Shown here one piece after another: positions 12,401 through 19,783 of a DNA stretch of 32,000 nucleotides. The position numbers and the translations under genes were made by a program. Origin of the DNA: Candidatus Omnitrophota bacterium. GTDB lineage: Bacteria > Omnitrophota > Gorgyraeia > 2-01-FULL-45-10. The notes beneath the pieces are model-generated. The model had not been told where the DNA came from. It saw only the letters and a list, made by a program, of their open reading frames with translations, and made no database searches. Position 1 is the stretch's first letter; the number at the start of each line of letters is the position of its first letter. The stretch is taken from positions 150,001 through 182,000 of the forward strand of contig JAMWCX010000003.1 in assembly GCA_023818895.1 (NCBI GenBank). Reading direction: 5' to 3'.

Positions 12401-14087
12401 TTCCGCTATCCTCCGCGTTATATCTGTTGAATTCACCTCTCAGAACAACCCGCGTATTGCGCTTCTTTTCCATAAGCAGGTTAAACTCAGCGTAATTCAT
12501 CGCGTTGAAATACCCCTGGGCCGGGCCTGCGGCTGTAGAAGCGTTGACATTATATCCGAAGTAAAACATGTGTTCGGCCAGAAAATTATACTGGCCCGTT
12601 ATGCCGAAGCCCGTGATAACTTCGTCGTCGTCTTCCGATTTCTGGTCGTGAAAATCCATACTAATGTTCGCATTACAATAGAATCTTTTTCCGAATATCT
12701 GCTGCTCGCGGCCGACATTACCTCCTAGGCGGTAAAAATAGTCCGAGCTCTTGCTGTTATACCTGTCAGTGTAACCCCTGAACTCGTAAAAAAGACCGTA
12801 GGAAGTCTTCTCATCAAGGTTGTCATTGATGCTCAGGCCGGGGGTGAGAGTAATTGTATTTATAAGGTGGGCAGGATCGTCTGAATTACGCTGCTGGATA
12901 TTAGTATAAGCGCGTATGTTAAAGTCGGGGTCCTTGTCAAGAGGAGCAAGCGTAAGAGTTATGTACTGCTCGTCATTTGTAGTCCGGTATGAACGTTCGC
13001 TTCTTGCAAGACGGTCCCAGTAATAGTTCTCCACGAATGATAGTCGCGCTTTTTTTGTAAGATCGGCATCAACGGTGAATTGGTGCTGCATCTTATCCGG
13101 CATAGCTGAACCGGAATCAGTGTAAAACTGCGGGGTGACATAATAGTAGAGGTATTTGACCGAAAAAGGGCCATATCTTAACCTGGGCTGAATCCTTAAC
13201 GCCGTCCCCCAGTTCACGTCGGTATTGACCTTCTGGTCAGGCGTATAGGCGCTTCCGGCAAGCTCATAGACGACGCTGAAAAACTTCCTGAAGTTTATCT
13301 CTCCATCCCAGCTTACGACAACATTGTGGAGATCCGGTATCGGTGTCTGCCTGTTCGTATTATCTACCGTTCCTCTGTCATCTTCGTTTGCTATGACCTG
13401 GAGGCCGTTCCGGAAAAGGGTAAAATCTTCAGATCCCTGAAATAGAAAAAGATCGGCCTTGCCGCCGGCTACATTGCGCCAGTAGGTGGCGGCGTCGGGA
13501 TCGGGGCTTTGGCTCCGGGCAGCCACGCCTTTAAATTGAAGTGTGTCGGATCCTTTGAGCTCCAGCGCAAATCCTTCCAGCGAATTGCCGAGGACAAACT
13601 GGGAAAAATCCCCGTAGAAATCACCGAATAACAGCATGTTTTCGGAATTGTATATCTTGGTGGTAAGCTGCTTTAACCGCAGGTCTTTTCGGCGCTCTAT
13701 CCTGCGGTCATCGGTGCGCCTTACAAATACCTGGCCTTCAAAACTATAGCCTTTCCAGAGACGCTCATAGGCGTTAACGTTAACTTCCGTATTCTGGTAT
13801 ACGCCTTTGCGCAGGAATGAATTATTGCCGTTTCCGCCCACATCGTTCCAGCTGACGTCTTCCATGACGCTACCGGTGATCATGCCTGACCGTTCAATAC
13901 CGTAATCGCCGTAAGAGGCAAAGTCCAAAAGATCGTCCACCCTCTTCTGCCATGTAAAAGCCGGGACCGCCTCGCCGGCCTCTCCGACGGTAGCGCCTTC
14001 TCCAAGATAGAAGACCTCGGCAGCGTAAAGTGAGGGCGCTAGGAAAAAAATGGAGAATAATAGGCAATGGTATCTGAAATATTTCAT
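12351..14087 (-). CDS. 578-aa predicted outer-membrane beta-barrel protein
   Basis: Signal peptide MKYFRYHCLLFSIFFLAPSLYA/AE. Alternating aromatic/polar strand patterns run throughout, with abundant Y/F/G/N/D. The C-terminus ...TRIITRFLSNF ends in Phe, which is typical of BAM-assembled barrels. No POTRA-like or plug motif recognised. Confidence 0.7.
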   Translation of the reverse strand: MKYFRYHCLLFSIFFLAPSLYAAEVFYLGEGATVGEAGEAVPAFTWQKRVDDLLDFASYGDYGIERSGMITGSVMEDVSWNDVGGNGNNSFLRKGVYQNTEVNVNAYERLWKGYSFEGQVFVRRTDDRRIERRKDLRLKQLTTKIYNSENMLLFGDFYGDFSQFVLGNSLEGFALELKGSDTLQFKGVAARSQSPDPDAATYWRNVAGGKADLFLFQGSEDFTLFRNGLQVIANEDDRGTVDNTNRQTPIPDLHNVVVSWDGEINFRKFFSVVYELAGSAYTPDQKVNTDVNWGTALRIQPRLRYGPFSVKYLYYYVTPQFYTDSGSAMPDKMQHQFTVDADLTKKARLSFVENYYWDRLARSERSYRTTNDEQYITLTLAPLDKDPDFNIRAYTNIQQRNSDDPAHLINTITLTPGLSINDNLDEKTSYGLFYEFRGYTDRYNSKSSDYFYRLGGNVGREQQIFGKRFYCNANISMDFHDQKSEDDDEVITGFGITGQYNFLAEHMFYFGYNVNASTAAGPAQGYFNAMNYAEFNLLMEKKRNTRVVLRGEFNRYNAEDSGNAYDETRIITRFLSNF

Positions 14088-14090
14088 ATG

Positions 14091-14588
14091 CTATTTTTTG
14101 CGATGCGATTTATCATATGTTGCGTTAATCTTTTTACAATGACGCTTTATCCTGAAGAATTCCCGCATTAACCTTGCGCAATCTTCCCTAAGCAATCCTT
14201 TTATGATTTTTATTCTATGATTTAATCTTGAGCTGTCAACAATATTTAGCACCGAGCCGGCCGCTCCCGCTTTCGGGTCGCTTGCTCCATAAACAAGCTT
14301 CTTCACCCGGCCCAGCACCATCGCGCCCGCGCACATCGGGCAGGGTTCAACCGTGGAATATACGGTGGTATCAAGTAGGCGCTCATTCTGAAGGTACGCT
14401 GCAGCCTGAGTCAGGGCAATCATTTCGGCATGGGCGGTAGGGTCTTTTAACATTTTTATCTGATTATGCGCGCGGCCTATTATCCGGCCTTTGTGAACAA
14501 TAATGGCGCCTACCGGCACCTCGTCAGCCTCGAAGGCTTTGTGCGCTTCTTTCAAGGCTTCCCGCATATATAGCACATCAGTGGACAT
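14091..14588 (-). CDS. tadA: tRNA-specific adenosine-34 deaminase
   Basis: VPVGAIIV...HAEMIAL...PCPMCAGA are the CDA-fold zinc motifs (HAE, PCxxC), with the typical TadA length. The true start is ATG 14588 (MSTDVLYMREALKEA). The track ORF extension to 14810 is read-through of the tRNA gene. Confidence 0.9.
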   Translation of the reverse strand: MSTDVLYMREALKEAHKAFEADEVPVGAIIVHKGRIIGRAHNQIKMLKDPTAHAEMIALTQAAAYLQNERLLDTTVYSTVEPCPMCAGAMVLGRVKKLVYGASDPKAGAAGSVLNIVDSSRLNHRIKIIKGLLREDCARLMREFFRIKRHCKKINATYDKSHRKK

Positions 14589-14733
14589 GATAAAACTGGC
14601 GCGCCCGGCAGGATTCGGTCTTCCGCTCGCAGAGCTCGCTTCAGACCTGCCGATTTGCTTACGGCCAGAGGCCTTTTCCTGCCGCTGGTCGGCGCAAATC
14701 GGCTTTGAATCCCCCGAAGCGCTGTAACTAAAC

Positions 14734-14810
14734 TGGCGTGCCCGGCAGGATTCGAACCTGCGACCTACTGGTTCGTAGCCAGTCACTCTATCCAACTGAG
14801 CTACGGGCAC
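14734..14810 (-). tRNA. tRNA-Arg (anticodon ACG), CCA encoded
   Basis: Hand fold: GTGCCCG-TA-GCTC-AGTTGGATA-GAGT-G-ACTGG-CTACGAA-CCAGT-AGGTC-GCAGG-TTCGAAT-CCTGC-CGGGCAC-G-CCA. This is a perfect cloverleaf. Confidence 0.95.
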
Positions 14811-14905
14811 GTGTTATCCGAACTTAATGTATCTTCTCTGCCCTACAAAGCCCCGTATTGTCATCTCATAGAAGACGAAGCAGGGACTTTAGGGAAGCGT
14901 TTATT

Positions 14906-15238
14906 CTATTTAACAATGCTACCTAACTGCATTTCGCGGTCGGGAGAAATGATGGCTATGCCGTTAGCATCCGACGCCGCCAGGATCATGCCCTGACTCT
15001 CAACTCCTCTTATGGTAGCGGGATCGAGATTGTCAACCACAACAACCTGCCGGCCGATAAGCTCTTCTTTCTTGTAAGAAACCCTTATGCCAGCCACAAG
15101 CTGTTTTGTCTTGTCTCCCATATCTACGGTCATGACAAAAAGTTTATCCGCGTTTGGGTGCTCAATAACTTCTTTTACTTTAGCCACCTTAAACTCCAGC
15201 TTCCTGAAATCCTCATATGTTGCCATCCAATCCTCCAA
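14906..15238 (-). CDS. Stand-alone tRNA-binding domain protein (CsaA/Trbp111/MetRS-C-terminal-like)
   Basis: KVAKVKEVIEHPNADKLFVMTVDMGD...QLVAGIR...LIGRQVVVVDNLDPATIRGVESQGMILAA is the OB-fold tRNA_bind pattern. Confidence 0.85.
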   Translation of the reverse strand: MEDWMATYEDFRKLEFKVAKVKEVIEHPNADKLFVMTVDMGDKTKQLVAGIRVSYKKEELIGRQVVVVDNLDPATIRGVESQGMILAASDANGIAIISPDREMQLGSIVK

Positions 15239-15262
15239 ACAGGCATCCCTGCCTTTACGCCG

Positions 15263-16594
15263 CTAAATTTTTATAATCCTCTGTATCACGTTCTTCAGCT
15301 TATCGCTATCGTGGCGCACCAGCTCCGTCTGGTGAGTTATATCTGCCCTTATTACCTTGGCTTTTGTAATCTTTTTTATTTTTTCGAGGTCCCCAAGCTT
15401 TACCGGAAACTGCCCTTTCGCCTTGTAAAGCCCTAGAAGCCTTTTAGAAACCTTGGAGTTAGAAACTACTATATAATCGAGATAATCTCCTCTCATGTAA
15501 TTAATGATCTCTCTTACGTGTTCGAACACTCCGTAATGGGCGGTTTCGCCGGGTTTGGTCATTAGATTGCAGACATATACCTTCTTAGCACGTGTCCGGG
15601 CAAGCGCCTCTGGTATATGCTCAACGATAAGATTGGTTATTACGCTTGTAAAAAGATCGCCTGGCCCTATCACAACAACATCCGCATTCAAGATGGACGC
15701 GAACGCATCGATGTTGCAAACAGCGCATGGCTCATGCCATAGACCCTTGATGCGGAGTTTTGGGTTCCTCCCTTCCGCAAGGTCTATCTTGTTTTCGCCT
15801 CTTATTATCTTACCGTGTTCAAACATTGCCATAAGCCTGACATTCGTGTCAGTTACTGGTATAACTATCCCCTGGATGTTTAATATATCCCCCAAACACC
15901 TGACACCCTCTTTCATCGAACCTGTGATTTCGTTAAGAGCGGTAAGAAATAAGTTGCCGAAATTATGACCTTGGTATTTTTCCCCACCTTTCCTGAACCT
16001 GTGCTGTAAGACTTCGTTCATAAGCAGCGGGGCATTTGAAAGCGCTACAAGGCTTCGCCTAACGTCGCCGGGCGGCAGCATGCCGAATGATTCCCTAAGT
16101 TTTCCTGTAGAGCCGCCGTCATCGCTCATGGCGACAATTGAATTTATCAAGACATGCGGTAGTTTTTTTAGTCCCATAAGAAGATTAAAAAGCCCTGTGC
16201 CGCCACCCATGCATGTTATTCTCACCTTTTTGTGGTAGCAGGAATTTATTCGAAGTATTAGTTCTCTGTAATTGTATGGGCGAATTACAATCTCGGAGGC
16301 TCCGAAGCTTTCCGCTTCCTCCGCAAGGCAAAAACTCGATGAAGATGACAGGAATATGAAACTCTTTCCTGAAGTTCTCAATATCTTTAAAAAATCGAGT
16401 CTTTTCGAATCAAGTCCTCCAGAAAATGCGTCATTGTCAAATAGCGCGCATGCCACATCACCGCGTCTTATTTTTCTTTTTATATCTGTCGCTGTGAACG
16501 CAAAATCAAAAGGTATGGCTATCTGCGCGAGTATGCTTTTAATTTCTCTGGCTTCCCTGCCTCGGCAGATTACGAGTATCTTTTTTTGGGCCAT
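15263..16594 (-). CDS. YvcK/CofD-family (UPF0052, gluconeogenesis-factor-like) protein with an N-terminal degenerate receiver-like domain
   Basis: CMGGGTGLFNLLMGLK...AMSDDGGSTGKLRESFGMLPPGDVRRSLVAL is the YvcK/CofD signature. The N-terminal ~120 aa has REC topology but reads ILVICRGRE where the acidic pair is expected. Confidence 0.85.
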   Translation of the reverse strand: MAQKKILVICRGREAREIKSILAQIAIPFDFAFTATDIKRKIRRGDVACALFDNDAFSGGLDSKRLDFLKILRTSGKSFIFLSSSSSFCLAEEAESFGASEIVIRPYNYRELILRINSCYHKKVRITCMGGGTGLFNLLMGLKKLPHVLINSIVAMSDDGGSTGKLRESFGMLPPGDVRRSLVALSNAPLLMNEVLQHRFRKGGEKYQGHNFGNLFLTALNEITGSMKEGVRCLGDILNIQGIVIPVTDTNVRLMAMFEHGKIIRGENKIDLAEGRNPKLRIKGLWHEPCAVCNIDAFASILNADVVVIGPGDLFTSVITNLIVEHIPEALARTRAKKVYVCNLMTKPGETAHYGVFEHVREIINYMRGDYLDYIVVSNSKVSKRLLGLYKAKGQFPVKLGDLEKIKKITKAKVIRADITHQTELVRHDSDKLKNVIQRIIKI

Positions 16595-16646
16595 TATTTA
16601 AGTTGTCCTTGAGCTAACTGCCTTCCGACAATTATGTTACAGAATC

Positions 16647-16675
16647 ATATTATCATTTTCGCTGACGAAGAACAA
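16647..16675 (-). promoter_or_regulatory. Possible sigma70 promoter for the yvcK-like gene (TTGTTC-17-TAATAT on the minus strand)
   Basis: The reverse complement of 16670-16675 is TTGTTC and of 16647-16652 is TAATAT, with a 17-nt spacer, about 50 nt upstream of the ATG at 16594. The hexamers are weak. Confidence 0.3.
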
Positions 16676-16709
16676 TAAAAAATTAGGTGGGGTTTGGGGA
16701 GACGATGCG

Positions 16710-18218
16710 CTAATCGCCCTCGTTAACTGATTGAGGCATAACCTGCTGATCAGGGTATATTCTGAACATACTCTTCAGGCCCTTTTGGTCCCATTTCAGG
16801 TCAAGCCATTGATCGCGGGCGCTCTTTATGGCTATAAATGGCGCGATAGTATCATTCACGGTTTGCGTTGTCTTGCCGACTATGGTCATCGGAACATAGA
16901 TTACGTCTCCGTCTTCAATCTTTATATTATTGGCAAGGTTACCCCTGTAGATCAAGTCAAAGGCATCTACCTTCTTGACAATAGGTGCTATCTCGTCAGG
17001 TTTAATGACAATGACCCTTCCCAGCGCCCTATTATTTCCCCAATCAGACAGGAAGAGGGCATCGCGCAGAGTGAAGTTCGGTCTGGTTATCGGATAAGGC
17101 GTGCAGCCTACCTCGTCAACGAAATAAAAAAGCTTACTGGTAGATACCAGCCTTACGGCGACATACGGATCCTTGACAAACTTGTTGACCTCAGCCCTTA
17201 GCTTCTCGGTGGCCTCCTCTATCGTAAGACCTTTTACCGCTACAGGGAGCTCAACGAGGGGCAAAATTACGTTTCCATCGCCTCCAACAGAAAGGTTGCC
17301 GCTAAGCTCAGGATGCTCATATACAATGAGCTGCACCACATCTCCAGCGGAAAGTGTTAGCGAGACTGATTTAGCTTCCTCCTCCTTAAGGCGCGCTATT
17401 ATCTCATCTACCGTCAGACTTAGCTCGGCCTCATCGAGCAACGAATCGCTTGTCTTCTCGCTTTTATTCATAATATCTTTCGCGGTAAAATTTGCATCAG
17501 CACCTTCGGTCTCACTCTCCAGCTCTCTTACCATATTGTCAATGCGCACCTCCCGCGAATAGAGGCCTTTTAGCTTATTCATATAATGTTTGGCCTGCAA
17601 ATTTCCTGGGTCAAGTTCAAGTACATCGCGGAAGCTCACCACCGCGCTTTCATATCTTTTTTGCTCATAAGCCGTTATTCCGTCGGCAAGCGCTCTCTTT
17701 ATCCTCTGTTTTTTGCGAAAAGAGGCCTCCTGTAGTGACTTCGCCTTCCATTGTGCTTCCTGGAACCTGTTGGCATTTTCGACTTTTGATAGGTAGTTTT
17801 TAACGTATTTATTCTGGGGGTCTTTTTCTAGTATATACTTGAGAATCTCTATCGCCTCTTCGTATCTACCCTGCTCATAAAATTTGGTAGCCGCGCCAAA
17901 ATATCGGTAAAGTTTCTCATCCTCCGTAAGAGGTGCTGCTTCATAGCTAGCTGCTGCGAACGTGGATGCTCTGCCGGTAATATACGGGCTGAGGAGCCTA
18001 TCCTTACCACGGAATTGGTAGGCATACTCGCGATCAGCTTCATGCCTTTCGCGCTCTGTGAGACCAGAGGGGGCAACTATGACAGGGCCGCTTGCCAGCG
18101 CAGTTTCCTCAACGGCCGCAAAAAGACAAATTTCCGCGGTAACTATAAAAACCGCGGCGCATACAAAAGCAACCTCTGCCGGCCTGATAAGTCGGGATTT
18201 TCCGAAATCCGTATACAT
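16710..18218 (-). CDS. Polysaccharide export protein (Wza/Poly_export + SLBB) with an N-terminal TPR region
   Basis: TPR-like repeats are present (YFGAATKFYEQGRYEEAIEILKYILEKDPQN; GITAYEQKRYESAVVSFRDVLELDPGN). The Poly_export pattern is LSAGDVVQLIVYEHPELSGNLSVGGDGNVILPLV..VAVKGLTIEEATEKL. The SLBB-like end is IKIEDGDVIYVP. Confidence 0.85.
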   Translation of the reverse strand: MYTDFGKSRLIRPAEVAFVCAAVFIVTAEICLFAAVEETALASGPVIVAPSGLTERERHEADREYAYQFRGKDRLLSPYITGRASTFAAASYEAAPLTEDEKLYRYFGAATKFYEQGRYEEAIEILKYILEKDPQNKYVKNYLSKVENANRFQEAQWKAKSLQEASFRKKQRIKRALADGITAYEQKRYESAVVSFRDVLELDPGNLQAKHYMNKLKGLYSREVRIDNMVRELESETEGADANFTAKDIMNKSEKTSDSLLDEAELSLTVDEIIARLKEEEAKSVSLTLSAGDVVQLIVYEHPELSGNLSVGGDGNVILPLVELPVAVKGLTIEEATEKLRAEVNKFVKDPYVAVRLVSTSKLFYFVDEVGCTPYPITRPNFTLRDALFLSDWGNNRALGRVIVIKPDEIAPIVKKVDAFDLIYRGNLANNIKIEDGDVIYVPMTIVGKTTQTVNDTIAPFIAIKSARDQWLDLKWDQKGLKSMFRIYPDQQVMPQSVNEGD

Positions 18219-18296
18219 TATGTTAAAAATATATCATATAATTCCCACATAGTCAAATGAGCTTCGGCATCACAGATTACTGTATAAGAGGTGTCC

Positions 18297-18325
18297 TTGA
18301 CAGTATCTTCTAATCCTGCTATAGT
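18297..18325 (+). promoter_or_regulatory. Near-consensus sigma70 promoter (TTGACA-17-TATAGT) for the PilZ gene, implying a leaderless or near-leaderless mRNA
   Basis: TTGACA at 18297-18302, a 17-nt spacer, TATAGT at 18320-18325. The ATG at 18334 is only 8 nt after the -10 element and there is no SD. Confidence 0.45.
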
Positions 18326-18333
18326 ATCATGTT

Positions 18334-18975
18334 ATGAAAGGGAAAAAATATTTTCTTATCGCGGCGGTCCTTTATTCCTTGATTGTTTTAGGAGCCGTCT
18401 TTTACGCTGTAAACATAGGACCTTCGACAGAAATTTTTCTATTAACGTCTATACTTATATTTCTCGCGTTCACAGGCATATTCACAGCATGGTCGTTAGC
18501 CGCTTTTCACAGAAATATCGAGTTAATAGCCTCTGAGATGGTAACTAAATACGAAAATATCGAACGCCTCCTTATCGATATACGAGATGGGACGAGGTAT
18601 TTCTACAGAGAGAAGAGACGCTCTTTTAGAATCAAAACCGATATACTTGCGCGTTTCGCGGATGGGAGGCAAACTGGAGACGATTTCTTAAAGATACATG
18701 ATTTAAGTTATGACGGTGCCTTACTTAAGACGACGCACCAGTTGAAGCCTGGCGATACTGTCAAGCTTGCCATCTATCTTCCGTTCTTTTCTGAACCGAT
18801 TACCGCAAAAGCGCGGATAGTAAGGGTCCGTCCTACGTCAGAGACAAAGGGTGCGTCCGCTGTTTATGAGGCGGGAATAGAATTCTCTGATATGAGTCCT
18901 ATCGACAACGAGAAACTTATTGAAACGGTCAACATATTAAGCAAAATGTCCCGCAAAAATATATCCCGCCGATAG
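18334..18975 (+). CDS. Membrane-anchored PilZ-domain (c-di-GMP-binding) protein
   Basis: Two N-terminal TM helices. The PilZ motifs are RRSFR (RxxxR) and DLSYDG (D/NxSxxG), followed by a beta-barrel-like segment. Confidence 0.85.
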   Translation: MKGKKYFLIAAVLYSLIVLGAVFYAVNIGPSTEIFLLTSILIFLAFTGIFTAWSLAAFHRNIELIASEMVTKYENIERLLIDIRDGTRYFYREKRRSFRIKTDILARFADGRQTGDDFLKIHDLSYDGALLKTTHQLKPGDTVKLAIYLPFFSEPITAKARIVRVRPTSETKGASAVYEAGIEFSDMSPIDNEKLIETVNILSKMSRKNISRR

Positions 18976-18976
18976 C

Positions 18977-19783
18977 TTAAGGCTCTTTTTCGGCCGTTGA
19001 TCTTATCTTCTGCTTATACTTGTAAAAGTGGTATCGCGAATCCAGGAGGTGAACCACGTTTGTCAGCACACATGCCTTAGGTGTAGCCTGTGCTTCGCTC
19101 AGGAGATTCAACGCTTCTTGAATCGCCTGCTCTTGGGTCGAAGCGGCCTTAACAACGAGAATAACCGCGTCACATAGCGAACCCAGTATGCTCGCATCCG
19201 TAAACTCAAGAACAGGTGGGCTATCAAAGATTGCGTAGTCAAAGGCTGATTTGATCTTTTTTATCAAAGGGTCTACATTGGTAGAGCTAAGTATTTCCGC
19301 CGGGTCGTCTATCGGGCTTCCTGCCGGTATGATAAAGAGATCTCCTATTGCCGGTTTAGTGGTGAACTTTTCCAACGAAACCTTGCCTGAAAGCAAATCG
19401 GAAAATCCCGGCTCATTTGGCAAGCCGAAAAAACTATGAATTGCGGGCTTACGCATGTCGGCGTCAATGAGTATCACCTTTTTCTCTTTGTCGTAGGATA
19501 TCGTTATCGCCAGATTACAGCAGGTTACTGTCTTACCTTCCCAGGGCTGACTGCTTGTAATCACAACCGTTTTTATCGGGTTCTCCGGAGAAAGTGAATA
19601 AAGATTGGTACGCAACGTCTTATACTGTTCGGCAACATATGAAAGCCTGTCAATATACGCTATGACGCGGCCGTCCACTCCTTCTTTATTGAAATCTTCA
19701 TGGACTATGTAGACCGGCGGCAAGTATCTACTCAAAGTCGTTCGTATTGAATTAAAAAATTCTGGGAAAACCTTCATTCTCAC
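18977..19783 (-). CDS. Polysaccharide tyrosine autokinase (BY-kinase, CpsD/Wzc catalytic-domain type)
   Basis: Walker A SSQPWEGKT, A-prime VILIDADMRKP, Walker B YAIFDSPPV, and a C-terminal Tyr cluster RYHFYKYK. The start is either GTG 19783 (GTGA overlap with the upstream stop) or ATG 19777. Confidence 0.85.
   Translation of the reverse strand: MRMKVFPEFFNSIRTTLSRYLPPVYIVHEDFNKEGVDGRVIAYIDRLSYVAEQYKTLRTNLYSLSPENPIKTVVITSSQPWEGKTVTCCNLAITISYDKEKKVILIDADMRKPAIHSFFGLPNEPGFSDLLSGKVSLEKFTTKPAIGDLFIIPAGSPIDDPAEILSSTNVDPLIKKIKSAFDYAIFDSPPVLEFTDASILGSLCDAVILVVKAASTQEQAIQEALNLLSEAQATPKACVLTNVVHLLDSRYHFYKYKQKIRSTAEKEP

Noticed and set aside
12401-12436. Longer start for the 165-aa NTF2-like protein (the 177-aa track ORF)
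   Set aside because: It would increase the overlap with the barrel gene to 86 nt and add 12 residues before an otherwise normal signal peptide. ATG 12400 or 12394 is more plausible, but the choice is not certain.
14618-14729. A second functional tRNA, or SRP/tmRNA-like RNA, in the tRNA-Arg/tadA spacer
   Set aside because: I could not fold a cloverleaf. The candidate acceptor pairing is only 5 bp, there is no D arm or anticodon arm, and the T-stem 5' strand is displaced by a large insert. The conserved SRP domain IV or tmRNA motifs are absent.
14589-14810. The long form of the tadA ORF (239 aa, starting at 14810)
   Set aside because: The first 74 codons are a translation of tRNA-Arg(ACG) and the structured spacer (for example GYEPVGRRFES from the T-arm). 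The TadA homology begins at ATG 14588.
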